A stretch of DNA of 62,426 nt, counting the filler, from Nitrospirae bacterium CG2_30_53_67 (GTDB lineage Bacteria > CG2-30-53-67), in assembly GCA_001873285.1 (NCBI GenBank). It is 7 parts of 7 records of this genome, joined end to end, with 100 filler letters (N's around TTAATTAATTAA, not from the genome) between each part and the next. Parts side by side here need not be neighbours in the genome. Positions count along the whole stretch, not along the records: positions 1 to 7,056 come from MNYV01000009.1; positions 7,157 to 25,329 come from MNYV01000082.1; 5 more parts are not named here. One strand, 5' to 3'. Made by a program: the position numbers and the translations under genes. Positions 1-10,379 of the stretch are shown piece by piece (the stretch's first letter is position 1; every line of letters starts with the position of its first letter). The notes beneath the pieces were generated by a model. The model made no database searches. It worked only from the letters and a program-made list of their open reading frames with translations, and was not told the DNA's origin.

Positions 1-12
1 TGTTGGAGCACA

Positions 13-225
13 AAAGTCGTGATTGCCCTGATTGTCACCCCGGAAGGCTTTCCTCCGGCCTATGAGGTCATGCCGGGCAACACCAGTGACAAGACGACCC
101 TCTCCGATTTCCCAAGCAAGATCGAGGAGCAATACGGGAAATTCGACCGTGTCTGGGTCATGGACCGAGGCATCCCGACCGAAGAGACTCTCGGAAAGAT
201 GCGAAGCTCCAAGACCCCCATTCAT
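13..225 (+). mobile_element. IS1634-family transposase internal fragment
   Basis: Translation KVVIALIVTPEGFPPAYEVMPGNTSDKTTL...RVWVMDRGIPTEETL resembles the IS1634 DDE core. Similarity is lost after about nt 225 although the ORF runs to 309. Confidence 0.7.
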
Positions 226-461
226 TTTTTGAGAATTTATTTTCCTCTTAATTTCTTCTTGGAAACACCGCAAGCGGATAGTCTTTTATCATCGAGACTT
301 CAAATCTGAAACCGTACAGAATGGCATCTGTCTGCCCAGACACCTGGCTGCAGGATTCTTATTTCTTAAAAAACAGCGAAAAAACTGGAAAACCACTTTT
401 TTCTGAGATACAATTTGAAACCTTTACCGGATGTATAACTTTATGGGCAAAACCTCTTTCG

Positions 462-779
462 ATGAAACGGTTTATTTATAAAACAGAAGTTACCGTAGGA
501 TTAATCGTAGGGGCGATCCTGACCCTGGCCATCTCCGGTTCAATCGATCTCTTTCTCCCTCTCAAATCCGGGGGGTGGTCAGAGGCCGTCCGGAAGAGCA
601 TCCATGCCTTTCTCGGCCCTCCATGGGAGAATCTTCTCCCCGTTCAAATCGCCTTCGGCGCCATAGCAATCTTCATCATCACCGGCCTGGGCGCCCTGAT
701 CGGGGCCTTGTTCGCTTTAATGCTCTCAGGATTTTTCAGGAAGATGTTCCATCTATTGGAGAAACACGAAGATGAATAA
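462..779 (+). CDS. Small hypothetical membrane protein with 2 hydrophobic segments
   Basis: ORF 321..779, likelier start MKRFIYK at 462. Two long hydrophobic stretches. Confidence 0.6.
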   Translation: MKRFIYKTEVTVGLIVGAILTLAISGSIDLFLPLKSGGWSEAVRKSIHAFLGPPWENLLPVQIAFGAIAIFIITGLGALIGALFALMLSGFFRKMFHLLEKHEDE

Positions 780-855
780 ATGCCCAGGCGGCAGCTTATA
801 TCACGTCTGATTCCGAGCCATGGGGTTCGGTATCATGACCGCCTATCTTAGGCCC

Positions 856-1599
856 TTACGGGGCCTTCCTGCCGGGATGCACCAGGGGAACGAAGCGGAC
901 CGGGAGGAGGGTTTCTCTCTCTGTTCCGGTCGGCGTCTTGGTGATCCGGATCAGGTACTGGATGAAATCCGAGCCGCCCACTGGGATGCAGAGCCGTCCC
1001 CCCACTTTGAGCTGGTCGATGAGCGGCTGAGGGATCTCCCCGGCAGCGGCCGTGACCATGATCGCGTCGAAGGGCGCCTTGTCCGGCCAACCCAGGTAAC
1101 CGTCGCCGATACGACAGGTGATGTTCCTGTATCCCAATTCCTCAAGCCGGCTCCTTGCCTTTTCACCCAGATCCGGGATCAACTCGATGGTATAGACCTC
1201 CCGCACGATCTCAGCAAGCACTGCGGCCTGGTACCCCGAACCGGTCCCCACCTCAAGGACCCGGTCATCAGGGGACAGTTCCAGGACCTCGGTCATGAAG
1301 GCCACGATGTAGGGCTGGGAGATGGTCTGTCCCATCCCGATGGGGAGCGGTCCATCTGCGTAAGCAAGATACCGATAGGCCGGAGACACGAAGAGATGTC
1401 TCGGGACATTGGACATGGCCCTGAGGACCCTCTCGTCCCTGATCCCGCTGCCGAGGATCTGCTCCTGCACCATCCTTTTTCTGGCCTCGGCATACTCCCC
1501 GGATAGGCCATGTCTCTTGATCTTCTGGTTGATGGGCGACCCGCCCAAGCCGGCAAAAAGGAAGAAAAAAAATAGAGGGAAAAAACCCAGATACCTCAT
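856..1599 (-). CDS. pcm: Protein-L-isoaspartate O-methyltransferase with N-terminal hydrophobic extension
   Basis: Motifs VPRHLFV, QTISQPYIVA, VLEVGTGSGYQAAVLAE, APFDAIMVTAA, VRFVPLV. Confidence 0.93.
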   Translation of the reverse strand: MRYLGFFPLFFFFLFAGLGGSPINQKIKRHGLSGEYAEARKRMVQEQILGSGIRDERVLRAMSNVPRHLFVSPAYRYLAYADGPLPIGMGQTISQPYIVAFMTEVLELSPDDRVLEVGTGSGYQAAVLAEIVREVYTIELIPDLGEKARSRLEELGYRNITCRIGDGYLGWPDKAPFDAIMVTAAAGEIPQPLIDQLKVGGRLCIPVGGSDFIQYLIRITKTPTGTERETLLPVRFVPLVHPGRKAP

Positions 1600-1677
1600 A
1601 ACGATTCCCCCCTTCCGTTATCTTGTATCATAATGAATTTACCGCAGAAATGCGGGGATGGCAAGGAGGAGAGAAGG

Positions 1678-1711
1678 GGTCGGACCCTCTGAACAGGGCC
1701 CGACCTTTTTT
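1678..1711. terminator. Hairpin with T-tract between the PEP-CTERM remnant and pcm
   Basis: ggtcggaccct-ctgaac-agggcccgacc followed by tttttt. Confidence 0.45.
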
Positions 1712-1723
1712 GATTGACTTGAT

Positions 1724-2445
1724 TTAGGATAACGAGCGTTTGCGTGCGAGGCCGATCAGCCCGATAAGCCCGCTCCTGATCAGGAAGAGAGACGAGGGCT
1801 CGGGCACCGGAGTCATCACCTGCGATCTGAAACGCTCCATACCGGTGGTGCTTCCCGAATAGCCAGCCAGTGAGCCGCCGGGCGCGCCGACGAAATCAAT
1901 CCGATAGGTGATGTCGAAGAAACTATCTACAGCCCAGTTGCCGCCCGTCTGTGTCAGGGTGTTGTGGCCGGGACTCGGCATGCCGAAACCTGTTCCACCA
2001 CTGATCCGCAATAAGTCAAAGTCGGGATCGCCGAGAATCTGGCCTTGCAAATATGTTGCGTCGCTGTTAAACGATTGTACAGCCAGACCGGGTGTGCGGG
2101 GGTCGTTATGTACCACCATGAACATGGGGATGGTGAGTATGGTGCTGAACCCGGACAGGCTGCCCGTTCCGGTCAGCGAGAGCGATAACATTTCCGTGTG
2201 GCATCCGGTTGCAGGGTGGTGGGCAGGCGCCAGCCACTGAACCCGCCCACGGTCAGGCCTGACGCCCAAGCGTTGGCTTGTGACCAGTCCATGAAGCCGT
2301 TAGCGTTGGCATTCGCCAGCCAGGTAATGTTGAGGTCGGTGTCGTAGACGGCCAGGCCGCCCAGGCGCGAAACCAGCGCTGCATTGGCCGCGCCCGAAAC
2401 CCCCAGAATGATAATAATTAACAGTACTTGAACGCGTTTAATCAT
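1724..2445 (-). pseudogene. Out-of-frame chimera of two PEP-CTERM proteins: signal peptide plus Lcl/DUF1566-like N-terminus, then a TEML/VDSFFD-type C-terminus with PEP-CTERM tail
   Basis: ORF 2173..2445 has a signal peptide and YDTDLNITWLANAN...GWRLPTT. ORF 1724..2269 ends VPEPSSLFLIRSGLIGLIGLARKR. The frames switch near nt 2197. Confidence 0.7.
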
Positions 2446-2701
2446 GACTTTTCCTCCTATTGGCTTTTAATCCGGCGTGAATCATAGCCCATCTATGATT
2501 GTCTGCCGGATGACATATTCTCCTTACATATCCGGATGTTGGGCAACCCTTTCGCCGGATGCCCCTCTATAGGATTGCCTGATTAAAACAAGTAACCTTT
2601 CCGCTATGATCAAAAAGATTATTCTGATCAAATAGATTGCCTATTTTAATGGTATAGTGGTTTTTTGCGGGCAAAAGTCACAAATTTTATGTTTAAAGCG
2701 C

Positions 2702-2730
2702 TTGACAATGAGTTTAGGATATGCTAATTT
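2702..2730 (+). promoter_or_regulatory. Putative sigma70 promoter of the atp operon
   Basis: TTGACA-17 bp-TAATTT with an extended -10 TG. Confidence 0.5.
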
Positions 2731-2798
2731 CTCCATACTTTATAAGATATGTCCCTTGTCAAGGGGCGCATATCGTGATTTAGAGGAGGGAAGAAAGC

Positions 2799-3227
2799 GT
2801 GCTCGGGCTTTCTCTATATCAGATACTTCCAGCCGTATTCCTCATCTTATTTCTCATGTGGATTCTGAACCTTCTTTTGTACCGCCCCATGCTGAAAAAC
2901 ATGGATCAGCGCAAGGAGATCATTGATGGGGCCGTCCGGGATGCAAAACATGCCGACCAGAAGTTGAAACAATTGCAGGAGGAATACGAGCAGGCCCTTC
3001 AGCAGGCCAGGAGGGATGCCAAGAACATATATAACAAGATTCACGAGGAGGCTTCCGCCGAAGAAAAGGAGATCCTGCAACAGGCCCGATTGAAGGCTGA
3101 AAAACTCATGGCAAAGGCCATGACCGACCTGGAAAAGGATTTCGACTCTGCAAAAGAAGAGCTTCGGTCCTATGTAGAATCCTTATCCCGCGAGATATGC
3201 GTGAAGATCTTGGGAAGGGCTTTGTGA
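2799..3227 (+). CDS. F0F1 ATP synthase subunit b'
   Basis: N-terminal TM, LLYRPMLKNMDQR, coiled coil, ILGRAL end. First gene of the atp cluster; GGAGG RBS. Confidence 0.88.
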   Translation: MLGLSLYQILPAVFLILFLMWILNLLLYRPMLKNMDQRKEIIDGAVRDAKHADQKLKQLQEEYEQALQQARRDAKNIYNKIHEEASAEEKEILQQARLKAEKLMAKAMTDLEKDFDSAKEELRSYVESLSREICVKILGRAL

Positions 3228-3844
3228 TGATCGTTTTAAAATCTACTGCATCTGGACATTCCATGTTCAGGAGGGTACAGAACATCCTTCTTCCGATCTT
3301 GCTTCTGCTGGCGGTTTCCGGTTTGGCGGCAGCTTCGGGAGGAGAGGGAGGCCATGAGGAATTCCCATCCATCTTCTCTACGGCTATGCTCTGGCGGGTC
3401 ATCAACTTTGCAGTGCTTTTTGGTTTTCTTTATAAGGTGACGTCCGGCCCTGTCCGCAATTTCATGGCCGCCCGCAGCGGGCAGATCCAGTCCGCTCTGG
3501 AACAAGCCAAGCAAAGCAAGGAGGATGCCGAGGCGAGGTACAAAGAAATCACAGGGCGTCTGGCGGGCCGGGACCAGGAATTTGAAGAGATCCGCAGAAC
3601 CGCTGTCGCCAATGCAGAAAAACTCAAGGAGCGCATCATGGAGGAGGCGCATGAAAAGGTGAATAAAATAGAAGAGAAGGCCAGAGAGTCCATCCGGCAG
3701 GAGATCAAGAAAGCAAAAGAAAGCCTGAAGCAGGAAGCGGTGGATCTGGCCCTGAAACTTTCCGAAGAGAGGCTTTTAAAAGAGATCTCATCGAGCGATC
3801 ATAAACGATTTGTTGCCTCGTATTTAAACGAGATGAAGGGTTAA
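3227..3844 (+). CDS. atpF: F0F1 ATP synthase subunit b (start uncertain)
   Basis: WRVINFAVLFGFLYK TM plus coiled coil. TGATG overlap with b'. Confidence 0.88.
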   Translation: MIVLKSTASGHSMFRRVQNILLPILLLLAVSGLAAASGGEGGHEEFPSIFSTAMLWRVINFAVLFGFLYKVTSGPVRNFMAARSGQIQSALEQAKQSKEDAEARYKEITGRLAGRDQEFEEIRRTAVANAEKLKERIMEEAHEKVNKIEEKARESIRQEIKKAKESLKQEAVDLALKLSEERLLKEISSSDHKRFVASYLNEMKG

Positions 3845-3859
3845 GGAGGATCGGTTCTC

Positions 3860-4402
3860 TTGAGTGACGCAGTCGTTTGCAGAAGATACGCCAAGGCCCT
3901 GGCCGACCTCGCGGTCGAGGAAGGGTCGGTCGATCAGATGGTGCAAAACCTCGGTAAAACCGTCCGGATGATCGTTGAGAACAGAAAATTAAAGAACTTC
4001 CTGTTTAACCCGGTATCTAAGAAGGAGAACAAACAGAAGCTTATAGACGAGGTTTCCGCTGAATTGAAAATCAGCGGGCTTCTTAAAAAGTTTTTGAACC
4101 TTCTGGCCAGGAACGACCGGCTTCCTCAGATCGAGGGAATCTATAGGGAACTTGTCCATTTTGCAGACCAGATCGGAAACCGGGCCGAGGCGGAGGTGAT
4201 GACGCCCGTTGCCCTTGCCGATGAAGACAAGGAGAGGCTCAGGTCCAAGTTGGAGGGTATGACGGGAAAGCATATCTATCTGAAGCTGAAGGAGGACCCC
4301 CGGTTGATCGGAGGGATCATTACCAGAATCGGAAGCGTGGTCTATGATGGAAGCATCAGGTCGCAAATGGCGAAACTTAAGGAACAAATTACAAAGGGGT
4401 AA
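3860..4402 (+). CDS. atpH: ATP synthase F1 subunit delta
   Basis: RRYAKAL and DPRLIGGIITRIGSVVYDGSIR motifs; operon position. Confidence 0.95.
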   Translation: MSDAVVCRRYAKALADLAVEEGSVDQMVQNLGKTVRMIVENRKLKNFLFNPVSKKENKQKLIDEVSAELKISGLLKKFLNLLARNDRLPQIEGIYRELVHFADQIGNRAEAEVMTPVALADEDKERLRSKLEGMTGKHIYLKLKEDPRLIGGIITRIGSVVYDGSIRSQMAKLKEQITKG

Positions 4403-5917
<1,515 letters not shown>

Positions 5918-5953
5918 ATTTAAACTGAACAAGAGAGGAAAAATTCCTAAGAA

Positions 5954-6817
5954 ATGGCCAGTCTACGCGACATCCGGAGGCGGATCGCCTCCATTAAAAA
6001 TACACAGCAGATTACCAAGGCCATGAAGATGGTGGCTGCGGCCAAGATGAAGAAGGCCCAGGGCGCCATATTGTCGGCACGCCCCTATGCCAAGAAGATG
6101 CATACGGTTTTATCCAGTCTGGCCGCACGGACCGGCGAAGAGGCCCATCCGCTCCTCAGGGTTCGAGAGGAGGACCGGGTGGGGATGATTGTTCTGACCT
6201 CGGACCGGGGTCTCTGCGGCGGATTCAACACGGCCATCTGCCGTCAGGCCCTGCAATTTCTTAAAGAACAAAAGCAAAAGCAGAACCAGGTCACCCTGTA
6301 TGTGATCGGAAAGAAGGGGAGAAATTTTTTCAAGAGCCGGGGCATCAGCATGGACAAGGTCTTTGTGGACATCTCAGGAAAAGTCCAATATAAAGATGCC
6401 GCGGAAATTGCCGGTGAGATGGTCGGACAATTTGAGAAAGAAGATCTGGACGTCATCTATATCGTATATAACGAATTCAAGTCGGCGATCTCACAGAGGG
6501 TGGTCGTGGAACGCCTGCTGCCCGTGGAGCCGCTCGAGATCACTCCCGAAATGAATGCCGTTGAATATCTTTACGAACCCTCTGAGCAGGATGTCCTCAC
6601 CCATATCCTGCCGAAATATGTGGAGACTCAGGTCTTTCGCGCCTTCCTGGAATCTGAAGCCAGTGAGCAGGGCGCGCGCATGACCGCCATGGATTCCGCA
6701 ACCAACAATGCCAGAGATATGATCCGCCTCCTCACGCTCAATATGAATAAAGCAAGGCAGGCCCAGATCACCAAGGAGATCTCCGAAATTGTGGGAGGCG
6801 CAGAGGTGCTGAAATAA
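5954..6817 (+). CDS. atpG: ATP synthase F1 subunit gamma
   Basis: QQITKAMKMVAAAK, SDRGLCGGFN, ARMTAMDSAT, RQAQITKEISEIVGGA. Confidence 0.98.
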   Translation: MASLRDIRRRIASIKNTQQITKAMKMVAAAKMKKAQGAILSARPYAKKMHTVLSSLAARTGEEAHPLLRVREEDRVGMIVLTSDRGLCGGFNTAICRQALQFLKEQKQKQNQVTLYVIGKKGRNFFKSRGISMDKVFVDISGKVQYKDAAEIAGEMVGQFEKEDLDVIYIVYNEFKSAISQRVVVERLLPVEPLEITPEMNAVEYLYEPSEQDVLTHILPKYVETQVFRAFLESEASEQGARMTAMDSATNNARDMIRLLTLNMNKARQAQITKEISEIVGGAEVLK

Positions 6818-6821
6818 TTCA

Positions 6822-7056
6822 GGTTCATCTCCAAAAGAGTGGTTGAAATAATCAGGGGTCAAGGATTCCGGGGGGCAAGTGAAGTGCTAAAAACATAAGG
6901 GGCCGAGGGGCCAAGGATTCAAGGGGTCGAGTGAAGCTAAAAACATCAGGGGTCAAGGGTTCCAGTGTTTATCTCTGAAAATTTTGCTTGCGTTTCAGTA
7001 TTTCACTTCAATCCTTGAACCCTGGAACCCTTAAACCCTTTTTACCCACTAGATGG
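6822..7056 (+). mobile_element. Repeat element A (MITE-like; inverted tandem 8-mers GGGGTCAA/GGATTCAA ... TTGAACCC/TTGAATCC), cut by the gap
   Basis: Left end GGTTCATCTCCAAAAGAGTGG, right end TTTTACCCACTAGATGG. Shares internal blocks with copies at 16741, 28210, 48417 and 58713. Confidence 0.75.
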
Positions 7057-7156
7057 NNNNNNNNNNNNNNNNNNNNNNNNNNNNNNNNNNNNNNNNNNNN
7101 TTAATTAATTAANNNNNNNNNNNNNNNNNNNNNNNNNNNNNNNNNNNNNNNNNNNN
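7057..7156. other. Artificial contig linker N44-TTAATTAATTAA-N44
   Basis: The same linker occurs at 25330-25429, 44716-44815, 48669-48768, 52664-52763 and 58613-58712. Confidence 0.97.
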
Positions 7157-7360
7157 TACATCGAAGGAAGGCTGACCACTAGGTCCTGGGAAGATAAAGA
7201 CGGGAACAAGCGGTATACCACTGAAGTCCGGGCGGAGAACATGATCATGCTGGGAGGTCCCGGTTCCGGTTCCGCTTCCGCCCCTGGTTCCGACCATACA
7301 GCAACTGAAAATGAGGCGCCAAGCTCCGCCTCCACGATTGAGGATGACATCCCTTTTTAG
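7157..7360 (+). CDS. ssb: Single-stranded DNA-binding protein, 3' part (5' end in gap)
   Basis: Manual translation [24 protein letters not shown]...EDDIPF*. Confidence 0.93.
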   Translation, partial: YIEGRLTTRSWEDKDGNKRYTTEVRAENMIMLGGPGSGSASAPGSDHTATENEAPSSASTIEDDIPF

Positions 7361-7381
7361 CCACTCAATGGGAGAAAAAAC

Positions 7382-8611
7382 ATGAGTGAGACATTAGCCA
7401 TTGTCGTAGGCGGCGGGCCCGCGCCGGGAATCAACGGCGTCATCAGCGCGGCCGGCATCGAGGCGCTCAACCAGGGCAAAACCGTGCTCGGAATCCTGGA
7501 CGGATTCAAGTGGCTCTCCAAGGGAGACACCGCCCATGTCATGCCCATCTCTCTCTCCCATGTTTCAAGGATCCATCTGAAAGGCGGATCCATCATCCGG
7601 ACATCAAGAGAGAACCCCACCAAGAGCCCTGAGAAGATGGCTCATGTGATCCGGGCGCTCAGCGAACTTAAGGTGCGATACCTGGTTACCATCGGCGGGG
7701 ATGACACGGCCTATACATCAAGCCAGGTGGAAAAGGAGGCGAAAGGAAAGATTGCGGTCTGCCATGTTCCCAAGACCATTGACAACGACCTTCCGCTTCC
7801 TCCCGGCATCCCCACCTTCGGATATGAAACAGCCCGGGAACTGGGAACAAAGCTCGTTGAAAACCTCATGGAGGATGCCAAGACCGCTGCACGGTGGTAT
7901 TTTGTCATCGCCATGGGGCGCTCTGCCGGACACCTGGCACTGGGCATGGGAACCGGCGCCGGCGCCACCATGGCCCTGATCCCCGAGGAACTGGGCAAGA
8001 CCTATTCCCTGCGCAAGGTCTTGAACATTCTGGAAGGCGCAATCATCAAACGTCTCTCCATGGGCAAGGACCATGGCGTGGCCGTGATTGCTGAAGGGGT
8101 TGCCGCTCGTCTTGACCCTCAAGAGTTCTCTTTCGTGAAGGACGCACCCAGGGATGAGCACGGCAACATCCGCTTGGCCGAAATCCCCTTCGGCACCATC
8201 CTCAAAGATGAAGTGACCAAAGATCTCAAAGAGATGGGGATCAAGATCACCATCGTGGCCAAGGACATCGGCTATGAGCTCCGCTGCAACCCGCCGACCG
8301 CCTTTGACCGCCAATACACACGAAATCTCGGGTACAGCGCGGCACGTTTTCTTCTCGACGGGGGCTCCGGCGCCATGATCTTATTCAAGGACGGGAAAAC
8401 CACCCCTATCCCCTTTGCCGACCTCATGGATCCCAAGACCGGCAAAACCCGCATCCGGACCGTGGATATCCACTCCGAAATCTACCAGACGGCCCGGCGC
8501 TATATGATCCGGCTGAATCCCGATGATCTCAAGGGGGATGCCCTCAAACGCCTGGCCGACACGGCAAAGATGAGCCCCGATGAATTCAAAAAGCGGTTCG
8601 GGGAGTTCTGA
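7382..8611 (+). CDS. pfp: Pyrophosphate-dependent phosphofructokinase
   Basis: GGGPAPG, GGDD (the Asp typical of PPi use), PKTIDND, MGR, GYELR. Confidence 0.88.
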   Translation: MSETLAIVVGGGPAPGINGVISAAGIEALNQGKTVLGILDGFKWLSKGDTAHVMPISLSHVSRIHLKGGSIIRTSRENPTKSPEKMAHVIRALSELKVRYLVTIGGDDTAYTSSQVEKEAKGKIAVCHVPKTIDNDLPLPPGIPTFGYETARELGTKLVENLMEDAKTAARWYFVIAMGRSAGHLALGMGTGAGATMALIPEELGKTYSLRKVLNILEGAIIKRLSMGKDHGVAVIAEGVAARLDPQEFSFVKDAPRDEHGNIRLAEIPFGTILKDEVTKDLKEMGIKITIVAKDIGYELRCNPPTAFDRQYTRNLGYSAARFLLDGGSGAMILFKDGKTTPIPFADLMDPKTGKTRIRTVDIHSEIYQTARRYMIRLNPDDLKGDALKRLADTAKMSPDEFKKRFGEF

Positions 8612-8665
8612 TTCTGAATAACCGAAAGAGCATTGTTCTCCTAAACCGTACAAGGAGGGGCCTTT

Positions 8666-9154
8666 ATGCAGATCCTGGAGACCGACCTGCCCGGGATCGG
8701 GAAAAAATACTCCGTCTCAACTCGATCCGACGTCACCTATTCGATCATCATCCATAATTCCGGAAAAAGAGAAATCTACAGGTTCGAAAAAGATCAAGAG
8801 ATCCCTTCGTCCGTCACCGACCTCACAGATGAGGAAGCCCGGCAGGTGGGGGCCATCCTGTCAGGCAGTTACTTCCAGCCGACCACACTGGACCGGATGG
8901 AACTGGTGATGAAAGAAATGATTATCGAATGGTACTCATTGGATGATCCGTCTGTTTTGGCGGGTCACACCATTCAGGATCTGGCCATTAGGAAAAAATC
9001 AGGGGCATCAATCATCGCCGTGCTTCGCGGTGAAAAGGTGATCCCCAGCCCGGCGCCGGAGGAAGAACTCAAGATCGGGGACACGCTCATGGTGGTCGGA
9101 AACCGCGAACAAATCCTCTGTTTCAAGAAAAACTTTTTAGGAGATGTAAAATGA
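8666..9154 (+). CDS. K+/H+ antiporter regulatory subunit (KhtT/YhaT-like, RCK_C domain)
   Basis: ETDLPGIGKKY N-terminus, LTDEEARQVGAIL, C-terminal TrkA-C domain. Confidence 0.85.
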   Translation: MQILETDLPGIGKKYSVSTRSDVTYSIIIHNSGKREIYRFEKDQEIPSSVTDLTDEEARQVGAILSGSYFQPTTLDRMELVMKEMIIEWYSLDDPSVLAGHTIQDLAIRKKSGASIIAVLRGEKVIPSPAPEEELKIGDTLMVVGNREQILCFKKNFLGDVK

Positions 9155-10341
9155 CCTGGGAGATGTTAACCGGCTCCACGGTCATTCTTATCTCCCTCTT
9201 TCTTGCGGGGAGACTTGCCCTCCACATCGGACAGTCCGTCATCCCGGCTTATATTCTTGTGGGCATATCCGCCCGCCCTCTCATCGGCCATACCCACCTG
9301 ATCCATTTCTTTGCAGAACTGGGGGTTATCCTTCTCCTCTTTTTTATCGGCATGGAATTCTCCATGGATCGTTTCTTTTCATCGGCGAAAAGAATCTTCC
9401 GGGGAGGCATCATCGATCTGCTCATCAATTTTTCTATCGGTCTTTCTATCGGATTTCTTTTGGGATGGCGCTGGCTTGATTCCCTGATCCTGGGAGGGAT
9501 TGTCTATGTGAGCAGTTCGGCCATCATTTCAAAGATGATCATCGATCAGAAACGCGCCGCCTATCCTGAAACCGAGACTATTCTCGGGATCCTGGTCTTT
9601 GAGGACCTGGTCATGGCCGTTTTCATCACCATGGTTTCCGCTGTAGCCACGACACCGGGGACAAGCCCGGTGTATCTTCTCTGGAGCCTCTCCAAGGGGG
9701 TTCTTTTCTGTGCCGCTTTCTTTCTGATTATCCGGAAGAGAAAAGGGTGGATCGACCGCCTCTACCACGTCGAATCTCCGGAACTTTTCCTGTTTCTGAT
9801 TATGGGATCCATTTTCTGCGTAAGCCTGTTCGCCCGCAGTCTGGGCCTGACGGAAGCCATCGGGGCCTTGTTTCTGGGAATGACCTTGTCCGGCACACCG
9901 CATAAACCCCGACTGGAAGCGGCGCTCATTCCTTACCGTGATCTCTTGGCCGCTCTCTTTTTCTTATCTTTCGGCCTCCAGATCAAAATACAGGAGTGGC
10001 TTGGCCTAATCCCGTTTTGCCTGGCACTGATCGGGATCTCTTTAACCGGGAAACTTATCACAGGTTATCTTGTGGGAAGGCTGGACGGACTGACACACCG
10101 GGGGGCCGTAAACACGGGCCTTTTTCTGGTGGTTCGCGGAGAGTTTTCCATCATATTGGCCGGCATCGCAACCGCCACGCCTGAAAATATCCTGTACCTT
10201 AAAAGCGTTACGGCCATCTATGTCCTGGTCCTTTCCATAATCGGCTCATGCCTCATGCAGAACACAGAACGGGTCCACGGCATGATCCACCGGATCGGAA
10301 AGTTTATTCCAGGCGCCATACCGGAAACCAAAGAATCCTGA
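9151..10341 (+). CDS. CPA2 cation:proton antiporter (KhtU-like)
   Basis: Multi-TM; ELGVILLLFFIGMEFS, SSSAII, ILVFEDL, RGEFSII. Overlaps the KhtT-like gene. Confidence 0.88.
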   Translation: MTWEMLTGSTVILISLFLAGRLALHIGQSVIPAYILVGISARPLIGHTHLIHFFAELGVILLLFFIGMEFSMDRFFSSAKRIFRGGIIDLLINFSIGLSIGFLLGWRWLDSLILGGIVYVSSSAIISKMIIDQKRAAYPETETILGILVFEDLVMAVFITMVSAVATTPGTSPVYLLWSLSKGVLFCAAFFLIIRKRKGWIDRLYHVESPELFLFLIMGSIFCVSLFARSLGLTEAIGALFLGMTLSGTPHKPRLEAALIPYRDLLAALFFLSFGLQIKIQEWLGLIPFCLALIGISLTGKLITGYLVGRLDGLTHRGAVNTGLFLVVRGEFSIILAGIATATPENILYLKSVTAIYVLVLSIIGSCLMQNTERVHGMIHRIGKFIPGAIPETKES

Positions 10342-10379
10342 GCGCATTCTGTAACGGGAACCTCTTAGATAGACACTGC

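Noticed and set aside
6818..7056. atp operon apparently lacking atpD and atpC
   Set aside because: The contig ends in a repeat just after atpG; the genes are probably on another contig.
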